From a virus (lineage: Duplodnaviria; Caudoviricetes): DNA of 53,046 nt. Position 1 is the stretch's first letter, and each line of letters starts with the position of its first letter. A program made the position numbers and the translations under genes. The DNA lies in IMG/VR virus record IMGVR_UViG_3300043112_000103, positions 1-53,046 of that record; one strand, written 5' to 3'. Shown here in pieces: positions 45,165 through 53,046 of the stretch. The notes under the pieces are model-generated. The model saw nothing but the letters and a program-made list of their open reading frames with translations, did not search any database and was not told where the DNA came from.

Positions 45165-45850
45165 AAGAAATTGAGCCGGTTGATTCATTTAGAGTGTCTA
45201 GTGTTAAAAGTGCTTTTGACTTAAAGGTTGAGAGGGTCAAGGAACAGTTCAAGGGCAATATTGATATTGAAGGTAAAGACTGGAACGTTGGTTTAATTGT
45301 GGGAGGAAGTGGAACAGGAAAAACCACAATTGCTAAAGAGGTTTTTGGCGAGGAATATATTACTGATTTTGAATACAGCGGTGGTAGTATAATTGACGAA
45401 ATGCCAAAAAGCAAATCAGTAAAGGAAGTCGAAAAACAGTTTACGTCAGTTGGTTTTGCAAGTCCACCGAGTTGGCTGAAACCTTATCACGTTTTATCCA
45501 ACGGTGAAAAAATGAGAGCAGATTTGGCCCGGGCGTTACTCGAGGAAAAAGAAATGGTTGTATTCGACGAGTTTACTTCTGTGGTCGACCGGGACGTTGC
45601 AAAGACCGGAAGTTTTGCCGTCAGTAAGGCTGTGCGAAAAGCTGGTAAGAAGTTTATCGCTGTGGCCTGTCATAAGGATATCATTGACTGGCTGGAGCCA
45701 GACTGGATTTATGATACAGACCAAAAGAAGTTTTTTTTTACCCAGAACAGGAAAGACCAAAACGACCCGAAATCAAACTCGACATATATAGAGTTGATAA
45801 CGCTCTTAAAGGGAAAGTTTGGGACTTATTCAAAAAGTACCATTATCTAG
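45143..45850 (+). CDS. Soluble ABC-type ATPase (N-terminal part of ATPase-GNAT fusion)
   Basis: GGSGTGKTT, LSNGE..R..LA, VFDEFTSVVDR, ACH.DI..WL.PDW; TTG after GGAGGG. Confidence 0.88.
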   Translation: MPSFNIVKEIEPVDSFRVSSVKSAFDLKVERVKEQFKGNIDIEGKDWNVGLIVGGSGTGKTTIAKEVFGEEYITDFEYSGGSIIDEMPKSKSVKEVEKQFTSVGFASPPSWLKPYHVLSNGEKMRADLARALLEEKEMVVFDEFTSVVDRDVAKTGSFAVSKAVRKAGKKFIAVACHKDIIDWLEPDWIYDTDQKKFFFTQNRKDQNDPKSNSTYIELITLLKGKFGTYSKSTII

Positions 45851-46251
45851 ACCACGATTTGCACAAGGCCGCTGAACAATGGGTCGGAGTTTGGGAAGGT
45901 AATATTGTGGCCCACACAGGTGTCATTCAGTTTCCGCTCCGTAAAGGCTGGAAAAGAGTTCACAGGCTGGTAGTTCTCCCGGACTTTCAAGGAATAGGAA
46001 TCGGAACGAGATTTATAACAGAAGTGGCCCGGGAATATATAAAGCGGGGAAAGAATATGAGTTTAATAACGACCACTCCCGCTTTAGTTCACGCTTTGAA
46101 AAAACACAAAAACTGGCCGCTTGTGAGATACGGGAGAATTAAAAGCACAATGGGTAAAATGAACAATAAATATGGGCTTGATAATAAACACTTAGGTGAC
46201 AAAAATTCGACAGGCAGAATAACTTATTCATTTGAATTTGTGAAAGATTAA
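45715..46251 (+). CDS. GNAT-fold acetyltransferase in the -1 frame (track start 45859)
   Basis: RPEI...W.LFK.YHYL, RLVVLPDFQGIGIG; frame open from 45715. Confidence 0.85.
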   Translation, partial: YRPKEVFFYPEQERPKRPEIKLDIYRVDNALKGKVWDLFKKYHYLDHDLHKAAEQWVGVWEGNIVAHTGVIQFPLRKGWKRVHRLVVLPDFQGIGIGTRFITEVAREYIKRGKNMSLITTTPALVHALKKHKNWPLVRYGRIKSTMGKMNNKYGLDNKHLGDKNSTGRITYSFEFVKD

Positions 46252-46267
46252 CAGGAGGTGATTTACA

Positions 46268-46696
46268 ATGGGAAAGGGATATCCTTGGGCGGAAATAAAA
46301 AACCGTTACGAAACAGGGCAATACTCTATGGACGAACTCGCTGACGAATATGGTTTCCACCCGGAATACGGTCGGACTAAAGCAAGGAAGAACGGCTGGG
46401 AAAAAGGTCGTTTAGCTGAAAAGATAGACGCAGAAGCGGCCCGGAAATTAATTGGCGAGCAGTCAGATAAGGAAGCAAAATTGAGGGCTGAATATGAGAA
46501 AATTATAACCAATATCAGACGTGGAGCTTATAACGCTTTATTCAAGGAAAAAAATCATTCAAGGCTAAGACAGTTCAAGACAGCCGCCGGAATAATGGAA
46601 AAGTGCCGGAAAGAGCAATGGGAAATCAATGGGATAAAAGAAACAGCCAAAGACGTAAATCAGCTCGTTCAGATTGTGGATGATATTGATGAGTAA
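46268..46696 (+). CDS. terS: Terminase small subunit
   Basis: W..IK..YE.G......LA..YG...W HTH; C-terminal IVDDI; precedes TerL. Confidence 0.75.
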   Translation: MGKGYPWAEIKNRYETGQYSMDELADEYGFHPEYGRTKARKNGWEKGRLAEKIDAEAARKLIGEQSDKEAKLRAEYEKIITNIRRGAYNALFKEKNHSRLRQFKTAAGIMEKCRKEQWEINGIKETAKDVNQLVQIVDDIDE

Positions 46697-46874
46697 TCCA
46701 TATCTTAAAGACAAATTTGAACGCTGGCTGATACGCTTTCGGCCCGAGTTACTTTGTGAATATGAACGAGGTTACGACCGAGGAAATATAGAAATTCATT
46801 TAGTTGATTGTGAACAGTTCCGGGCTTATCATTTATATCACGAAGGAAAACTGCTCGGAACATTGCTTGAGTGA
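46689..46874 (+). CDS. Small hypothetical protein between terminase genes
   Basis: ATG overlapping terS end. Confidence 0.5.
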   Translation: MSNPYLKDKFERWLIRFRPELLCEYERGYDRGNIEIHLVDCEQFRAYHLYHEGKLLGTLLE

Positions 46875-46894
46875 AACAGGGAGGTGGTTTTTGA

Positions 46895-48166
46895 ATGGCG
46901 AACGTACAATTAAGCGACATAGTATTAGATAATTTTTACGATTTTTGGAATGCAACGAAGGACGACAGTTATATTTATTACGTTCTTAAAGGCGGTCGTT
47001 CTTCCGGAAAATCCTCCCAAATTGCTTTAAATAGACTTCTTGAAACAATGAAAAATCCGGTAAACGGACTGGCTGTCAGAAAATATGCTAAATATGTGCG
47101 TGAATCAATTTTCACAGAATTTAAATGGGCCGCTCGAATGTTGGGCGTCCGTCATTTATTCCAGTTCAAGACTTCGCCAATGGAAATCATTTATAAACCG
47201 AGAGGAAATAAAATCCTGTTGGCCGGTGCTGACGACCCACAGAGAATTAAGTCATTGAGTACCGAGGAATTTCCTTATACTTGGCTGTGGATAGAAGAAC
47301 TTGCGGAGTTCAGAACAGAAGAAAAAGTAACTGTAATAGAAGATAGTATAATGAGAGAGGAAACCGGGTATTCATATAAAATATTCTTTTCTTACAATCC
47401 GCCGCAGAGAAAAACTAATTGGTGCAACAAGAAATTCAATTCCGTTACAATCCCGGACTTCTATTATATACATCATTCTGATTATACAAGCAATCCATAT
47501 ATCGCCCAGCAGACCTTACAGAAAATAAATCACTTGAAAGAGGAAAATGAAAGAAAATATAGACACACTTGGCTCGGTGAGCCGATTGGCTCGGGTGTTG
47601 TTCCCTTTGATAATCTAGAGTTCAGAAAAATAACTGACAAGGAAATAAGAAGGTTTGATAATATCCGGCCCGGGATTGACTGGGGCTATGGAGCAGACCC
47701 GTTTTCTTATGTCCGCTGGCACTTAGATAAAAAACGGAGAATTTTATATGCAATTGATGAGATTTATGAGGTAAAATTGAGCAACAGGAGAGCGGCTAAT
47801 AAAATAAAGGCAAAAGGTTATGAAAATGATTTGATAATTGCTGATAGTGCCGAGCCAAAGTCAATTGATGAAATGAAAGAATACGGAATCAGAATTGAAG
47901 GTGCTTCCAAAGGCCCGGGGTCAGTCGAGTATGGAGAAAAGTGGCTGGATGACCTTAATAAAATTGTGATTGACCCGGACAGAACTCCGAATATCGCAAG
48001 GGAATTTGAGAATATTGATTATGAAACAGACAAGGACGGGAATATAAAAAACAGGTTAATGGATAAAGACAATCACACAATAGACAGCACCCGTTACGCT
48101 TGTGAAAGAGATATGGAACGACAAATTGATTTACGACCAAGAAGTAATAAACCGAGAGGATTTTAG
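46895..48166 (+). CDS. terL: Terminase large subunit, PBSX/SPP1-like
   Basis: KGGRSSGKS, WIEE, SYNPP, GIDWGY..DP, ADSAEP, NH.IDS.RY. Confidence 0.95.
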   Translation: MANVQLSDIVLDNFYDFWNATKDDSYIYYVLKGGRSSGKSSQIALNRLLETMKNPVNGLAVRKYAKYVRESIFTEFKWAARMLGVRHLFQFKTSPMEIIYKPRGNKILLAGADDPQRIKSLSTEEFPYTWLWIEELAEFRTEEKVTVIEDSIMREETGYSYKIFFSYNPPQRKTNWCNKKFNSVTIPDFYYIHHSDYTSNPYIAQQTLQKINHLKEENERKYRHTWLGEPIGSGVVPFDNLEFRKITDKEIRRFDNIRPGIDWGYGADPFSYVRWHLDKKRRILYAIDEIYEVKLSNRRAANKIKAKGYENDLIIADSAEPKSIDEMKEYGIRIEGASKGPGSVEYGEKWLDDLNKIVIDPDRTPNIAREFENIDYETDKDGNIKNRLMDKDNHTIDSTRYACERDMERQIDLRPRSNKPRGF

Positions 48167-48179
48167 GAGTTGATATTAA

Positions 48180-49583
48180 ATGAGCTATCTATCACAAGGC
48201 GATTACTGGCCGCCAACCGAGGAAGACAGAAAACGGTTGGAAAGATACGAAGAAAATAAAAAACTATTTGAAGGAAGGCACGACGAAGTTTTCAAAAAAG
48301 TACAGCGTCAGCTTGAAAGTTCTGACGAAGCCGCAATAACTTATCTAGTGGCAAACTACTGTGGGCTTTTGAGTAAACTTTCAGCCGATATGCTATTCGG
48401 GGAACATCCGGAATTTAAGGCCGAGAGTGAAAAGACTGACGAACGCTTGCAAGAATTGATACAGAGTAATGACCTGTTTACTAATTTATATGAATCAGCT
48501 TTAGGAAATAGTTACCGGGGCGACGCTTGTTTCAAAGTTCGTTACGCCAAACCGAGTGCTTACGCAGAGGAAAGAGAGATTTTAATTGAAACGCAAAATC
48601 CCACTTACTTTTTTGTAGAGCAAGCTGATGATGATATTAGACAAGTGAACAGACAGATAATCGCTTGGGAATTTATGAAAGACACAACCGGCGACGATAT
48701 AGAAGATACTCGCTTTCTGAAACTTGAAGTACACGAGCCGGGAAGAATTTACCACGAACTTTATATTATTTCCGGACTTACAATTCAAGAACAAGTTCCG
48801 CTTGAAACTTTATATCCCGAGCTGGAAGAGGTCGAGGAAACAGGAATGGACGACTTCATTATTGTGCATACTCCAAACTGGAGGAGCGACGAAAACTACT
48901 GGGGCTATTCTGATTACCTTGATATGAAAAGTTTGCAGGACGAAGCAAATAACAGAATATCTCAAATATCAAGAGTTCTAGACAGGCACGCCGACCCAAA
49001 AATGAAAGGCCCAGCCGAAGCTATGGACGAAAATGGTAATGTGGATATAAGTGGGAGCAGATACTTTCCGTTCACTAAAGAAACAGCCGAGCCGAATTAT
49101 TTGACTTGGGAAGCTAAACTAGAATCAGCTTTCAAGCAGGTTGACTATATGCTGAAAATGATGTTTCTAGTTACTGAAACTTCTCCCGACGCTTTCGGTC
49201 TAAGTGAAAGTAGTATGGCTGACAGCGGAATTGCATTGAAATATAGGCTTATGAGATTGTTCTCAAAAATTGCCCGTAAGAAAATGTATTATGACAGCGG
49301 GATAAAAGAACTCCTGTATAAAGCACAGCTAATGGATGTTTATCACAATAATAAAAATTATGAACCGGAAAGACCTTCTGCAACTTGGCGAGATGGAATA
49401 CCCGACGACCCGAAAGAACTTTCCGAGATAACAGAGAACTTGAATAGGGCAAAGGCTATAAGTGTCGAGCAGAAAGTCAGAAAGAACAATCCGGACAAGA
49501 GTGAAGATTGGATACAGAAGGAAACAGCCCGGGTCGAAACTGAAATAGACGAAGCAAATAATTCAGCACCACAGACGATATAA
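48180..49583 (+). CDS. Portal protein (SPP1-like)
   Basis: 467 aa after TerL; GYSDY, SGIALK. Confidence 0.88.
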   Translation: MSYLSQGDYWPPTEEDRKRLERYEENKKLFEGRHDEVFKKVQRQLESSDEAAITYLVANYCGLLSKLSADMLFGEHPEFKAESEKTDERLQELIQSNDLFTNLYESALGNSYRGDACFKVRYAKPSAYAEEREILIETQNPTYFFVEQADDDIRQVNRQIIAWEFMKDTTGDDIEDTRFLKLEVHEPGRIYHELYIISGLTIQEQVPLETLYPELEEVEETGMDDFIIVHTPNWRSDENYWGYSDYLDMKSLQDEANNRISQISRVLDRHADPKMKGPAEAMDENGNVDISGSRYFPFTKETAEPNYLTWEAKLESAFKQVDYMLKMMFLVTETSPDAFGLSESSMADSGIALKYRLMRLFSKIARKKMYYDSGIKELLYKAQLMDVYHNNKNYEPERPSATWRDGIPDDPKELSEITENLNRAKAISVEQKVRKNNPDKSEDWIQKETARVETEIDEANNSAPQTI

Positions 49584-49595
49584 GGTGGTGGTTAA

Positions 49596-51074
49596 ATGTC
49601 AATCTATAAAGATTTAAAAGGTAAGCTCGAGCTAATTGAAAAAAATCCGGTCGAAAAAGAAATAAATCAGATTGTGAAAAAATATAAACTGGTTACAACG
49701 AGTATTGACGGGGATTTAGCAAGGCTTCAAGGAATGGATGACCCGGAAAATATTCTGCCGGAAATGCGGAAAATAAAAAAACGGGCTGACGACGCTCTGA
49801 AAGACCTTTCAAAAAGTGCTGAAAACTTTGCCCGAATTGCCGCACCAAAGAGTGAGCTTTCCGGCGAACAATTAGCCAATAGTTTTATTAAAAGGCAAAG
49901 CAAAGTTGTGGATAAAGACGGCAACGTTGAAAAGCTATTTGACTTAGTTCCCAAAGACAAGGAAGCGGTAAGGCAAATCACAAAAAGTGTCACCGAGGAT
50001 ATGCTTCGGGACGTCAATTTAATAAATAATGATTGGCGAAAGCGATTTGACGACACAGTCCGTAAGGGAATAAATGATATAAGCAGTCTTAATTTCAAAA
50101 AGGCGGCCGCAGGGCAAAAAGAAGGTATCGGCCGCAACCTTTATAATCAAATAAAAGACGAGGGTCTTAAATTAGTCGATAGGGCCGGGCGGAAATGGGA
50201 GCCAGATAGATATGTGAAAATGTATTCCCGGACACGTTCAAGGGAATTGCAGACACAGGGAATAAAAAACAGAATGAATGATTACGAGTTTGACCTTGTG
50301 AAAATTTCAGACCACGTTGACGTTGACGGAATGGATATTTGCAACGTCTATGAAGCTAACGTTTATTCGCTTTCCGGAAACCACCCGGACTACCCAGCTT
50401 TATCAGACGAGCCACCGTTCCACCCGAATTGTGCACACGTAATGACGCCTTGGATTGAAAAATATAATAAGGCGGTCAATGAAAATCCAGTCGTTACTGA
50501 TGTCAATCCGGACTATAAAAAATTGCACCCGGAACTTCCAAATGAAACACTTAAGAATTTAGAAAAAACTCATAATGAAGTTCTAGAAAAAGGTCTTAAA
50601 ACCGGGAATGAAGAACTTTCATTGATTTACAAACAAGACGGCCGTAGAGCTTTCAAGAACATTGGTGGCGATTCAAGTTCAGTTACTTTTCCACCGGAGC
50701 TTACTGATACTTTGAGAAAAGGAAAGAAAAATGAGTTCATTCTAGTTCACAACCACCCGGGAAGTTCTTCTTTTTCTGATTCGGACTTGATGATTTTAAA
50801 TAAATTCGATTCGATTGACAGTTTAACGGTACAGGGCCACGACGGTACAATGTATCGAATGTCAATGAAACCAAATACAGTTCAGCCAACTCTTAAAATC
50901 CCAGACTATTACAGCGAGGAAAAGATGAATTTATATGACAAATATACAATCAAAGTAAGGAATGAGGGAATGGCCCAAAATAGAGCTTGGCAGGAACACA
51001 GTAATGAAATTTCAGAAAAACTGGCAGAGAAATTTGGTTGGGAATATAAACGAGTGAAACCAGAGGGGGTATAA
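49596..51074 (+). CDS. Minor head (MuF-like) protein with C-terminal JAB-like extension
   Basis: DRAGRKW...Y..M..RT, C......YS.SG....YP, HPNC.H; then HNHP......S..D. Confidence 0.8.
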   Translation: MSIYKDLKGKLELIEKNPVEKEINQIVKKYKLVTTSIDGDLARLQGMDDPENILPEMRKIKKRADDALKDLSKSAENFARIAAPKSELSGEQLANSFIKRQSKVVDKDGNVEKLFDLVPKDKEAVRQITKSVTEDMLRDVNLINNDWRKRFDDTVRKGINDISSLNFKKAAAGQKEGIGRNLYNQIKDEGLKLVDRAGRKWEPDRYVKMYSRTRSRELQTQGIKNRMNDYEFDLVKISDHVDVDGMDICNVYEANVYSLSGNHPDYPALSDEPPFHPNCAHVMTPWIEKYNKAVNENPVVTDVNPDYKKLHPELPNETLKNLEKTHNEVLEKGLKTGNEELSLIYKQDGRRAFKNIGGDSSSVTFPPELTDTLRKGKKNEFILVHNHPGSSSFSDSDLMILNKFDSIDSLTVQGHDGTMYRMSMKPNTVQPTLKIPDYYSEEKMNLYDKYTIKVRNEGMAQNRAWQEHSNEISEKLAEKFGWEYKRVKPEGV

Positions 51075-51077
51075 ACT

Positions 51078-51239
51078 GTGGCTGAAAAAGACGGACTTGA
51101 CTTGATAGACCAAAAACCGGACTATTCTAAAACGCCGCTTGAAAATATGAAAGACCTCGCAAAGCAATATGAAAGTATTCAAGGTAAAGTTCCTAAGTGG
51201 CTTTCAGACAGAATAAAAGCTTATGAAAAAGAAAAATAA
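51078..51239 (+). CDS. 53-aa protein, candidate immunity partner (not in track)
   Basis: GTG after GAGGGGG right after the MuF gene. Confidence 0.6.
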   Translation: MAEKDGLDLIDQKPDYSKTPLENMKDLAKQYESIQGKVPKWLSDRIKAYEKEK

Positions 51240-51267
51240 ACTATTTAAGAAATTCTTTGTAAAATAT

Positions 51268-51296
51268 TTGAAAGTTGTAACATTTTAGTATATAAT
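51268..51296 (+). promoter_or_regulatory. Sigma-A-like promoter for scaffold/capsid operon
   Basis: TTGAAA-17-TATAAT. Confidence 0.7.
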
Positions 51297-51416
51297 GAAC
51301 TTGATGAGAAGTCCAGTCCAAACTGTGAATGACTTAAAAAGCTCCTGGTAAAAGCTGACGAGCTTCTAATACGGCAGGCCACGAGCCTAAAAATCGGAAA
51401 TGGGAGTTGTTTACTA

Positions 51417-52076
51417 ATGGAAGAATTAATTAATTTTTTACAGGAAAACGACGTAGAAATAACTGACGAACTGAAATCAGAGATTAAGAATATTTGGAAT
51501 GAAAATATTCCAAAGACTGACGACCTTTTTACACAAGAGGACGTCAATAAGATTGTGGAAAAACGTTTAGCCCGGGCAGAAAGCAGTTACCAAACTGAAA
51601 TTGACGAGCTTAAAACAGCAATGGAAGATATGATTGACCCAGAGAAGGTTGAAGCATACGAAACAAAGATAAGCGAATTAGAAGAAGCGGCAACAGAGCG
51701 GGAAAAAGAATTAAAGACTGATTATGAATTACAGCTTTCCGCAAAGGAAGCCGGCGTTTCTGATTTGGACTACTTTGAGTTTCTTGTAACAAAGAAAGGA
51801 ATGCGGGATAGACTAAAACTTGACGAGGAAGGAAATGTTGTTGCAACAGATAAAGAAGGCAATATTCTGACCGAAGACGGAAAGAAATTAGGTGCTTCTG
51901 CTCTTGTGAAAGAATTGGCAGAAGAAAAACCGGACATCATTGGTGAACAGAAAAAAGGAAAAGACATTGGTGGTGGCGGTGGAAATCCCGGAGGAAGCGG
52001 CCCGAAAGATAAAATGAAGAATACCCAAAGTTTAGCCCAGCAACTAGGGTACAAATCTAAGAAGGAGAGTGAATAA
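51417..52076 (+). CDS. Capsid scaffolding protein
   Basis: FTQEDVN.IV..RLAR motif, acidic coiled coil, Gly-rich tail. Confidence 0.85.
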   Translation: MEELINFLQENDVEITDELKSEIKNIWNENIPKTDDLFTQEDVNKIVEKRLARAESSYQTEIDELKTAMEDMIDPEKVEAYETKISELEEAATEREKELKTDYELQLSAKEAGVSDLDYFEFLVTKKGMRDRLKLDEEGNVVATDKEGNILTEDGKKLGASALVKELAEEKPDIIGEQKKGKDIGGGGGNPGGSGPKDKMKNTQSLAQQLGYKSKKESE

Positions 52077-52078
52077 GA

Positions 52079-52645
52079 ATGACTTTAAAACCAAAAACAA
52101 GTGAAGAATTAGAATTTATTAATATATTAAAGTCAAAGCACGCAAGATACATTGACGGTGCAAGAGTTATTGACAAAGACAAAGTGGCGGCAGACTATTT
52201 AGCTCCCGGAGCGGCAATTGGAAAAATTACCGATTCAGCTAAATATGGCCCAGTTACTAGAAGTGAGTTGGATACTGTGGATAATTCCGCAAATACTTTC
52301 ACTTTAAAAGCAGAAGCATTCAATTTTCAAGTTGGCGACGTTCTAGAAACTTTAGACGCTGACGGCGTTATTGAAGAAAACGCTTCTGATGACTTAACAG
52401 TAACAGCGGTTGACGGTGTGGTCTTGACTGTAAATAACATTGAAAGTACAGAACACAACGCCGCTTTATTTGTGCAAAAAGCTGACGGCACAAGCAAAGC
52501 TGAATTTATTTGTACTGAAATGGTTGACGTTTCCGAGGAAGACGCACTCGTTGGTGGAATTGTGCACGGTGCAGTTTACGCTGATAGACTTCCAAACTAT
52601 GACGAAAAAGTTGCCGCAGATTTACCAATGATTTCTTTTGAGTAA
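52079..52645 (+). CDS. Head decoration protein with internal insertion
   Basis: G..IGKIT.S.KY.P and HG.V...RLP; between scaffold and capsid. Confidence 0.75.
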   Translation: MTLKPKTSEELEFINILKSKHARYIDGARVIDKDKVAADYLAPGAAIGKITDSAKYGPVTRSELDTVDNSANTFTLKAEAFNFQVGDVLETLDADGVIEENASDDLTVTAVDGVVLTVNNIESTEHNAALFVQKADGTSKAEFICTEMVDVSEEDALVGGIVHGAVYADRLPNYDEKVAADLPMISFE

Positions 52646-52677
52646 TATAAAATTTAATTCACAGGGAGTGAGATTTA

Positions 52678-53046
52678 ATGCCTAAAACAAAATTGATTGA
52701 AACAATAGAAAATGAATTTGGAATTGACTATAAAGGATTTTTACAGGAAGTTGACGAGCCGGAAAATTATATCGGTGCGAATTTCCTTCCAGTAACACAG
52801 GAATACGATTATGACTGGGTGTATCATATTTTCGATAACACCACAGCAATGGCTAAACTAATGTCAAGGGGCGACGCCGAAGCACCTATTGTAGGCGGGC
52901 CAGCTATTAAAAAGGTTGCAGGTTCAGTCGCACCTTTCGGACAGAAGTTTGAAGTCAACAAAGCACTCTTAAATAAGATTTTCAATCCAAGAAACGATAA
53001 TGAATTGAAAAGAAATTTAAAACAAATTCTCGACGAAAGTGCAAGA
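52678..53046 (+). CDS. Major capsid protein, 5' part (continues through the junction to 830; 348 aa in total)
   Basis: ATG 52678 after GGGAGTG; in frame with ORF 111..830 across the overlap; follows scaffold and decoration genes. Confidence 0.88.
   Translation, partial: MPKTKLIETIENEFGIDYKGFLQEVDEPENYIGANFLPVTQEYDYDWVYHIFDNTTAMAKLMSRGDAEAPIVGGPAIKKVAGSVAPFGQKFEVNKALLNKIFNPRNDNELKRNLKQILDESAR
52895..53046. repeat. Terminal direct repeat (right copy)
   Basis: Matches 1-152 with one mismatch. Confidence 0.95.

Noticed and set aside
44622-45850. ParABS partitioning or an ABC transporter
   Set aside because: No ParA Walker-A variant, no ParB HTH, no permease gene
17758-48166. Introns, inteins or homing endonucleases in primase, PolA, NrdJ or TerL
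   Set aside because: ORFs are continuous, of normal size, without splice or LAGLIDADG/HNH motifs
2132-52054. Many minus-strand and alternate-frame ORFs in the track
   Set aside because: They shadow well-supported plus-strand genes and lack SD sites or recognisable motifs
1-53046. Stop-codon reassignment or tRNA genes
   Set aside because: Core genes are intact under the standard code; no cloverleaf with T-loop motif noticed by eye (tRNAscan not run)

Overview
The window is an apparently complete, circularly permuted genome (52,894 bp unique; bases 1-152 repeat at 52895-53046) of a tailed siphovirus-type phage. Sigma-A-like promoters, strong GGAGG sites and acidic proteins point to a low-GC Firmicutes host, possibly a halophilic anaerobe (inference). 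Gene order: capsid, head-tail joining, tail, tape measure, baseplate/fibre and lysis (1-16.2 kb); a small leftward cluster (16.3-17.0 kb); replication (RepB-type primase/D5 helicase, UDG-like-fused PolA, resolvase, SNF2 helicase); promoter-led small early genes; recombination (PD-(D/E)XK nuclease, Sak4-like ATPase, SSB); nucleotide metabolism (ThyX, class II RNR, dUTPase); a second early cluster; then ParB-like, ABC-ATPase/GNAT, terminase, portal, minor head, scaffold, decoration and capsid. I saw no integrase, CI-type repressor, tRNA or CRISPR array. Most unusual: (1) a ParB / ABC-ATPase / GNAT candidate DNA-modification module whose GNAT N-terminus is reachable only by a -1 shift at a T9 run; (2) a baseplate hub protein and a GLUG domain each split across separate ORFs; (3) a 212-bp ungapped, diverged inverted repeat whose copies lie about half a genome apart; (4) ten copies of a non-canonical promoter plus a recurring 3' hairpin element defining gene cassettes; (5) a minor head protein carrying a JAB-like metallo-domain; (6) strong CCGG enrichment with near absence of GATC/GCGC. 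All family assignments are from motif recognition, not database searches.
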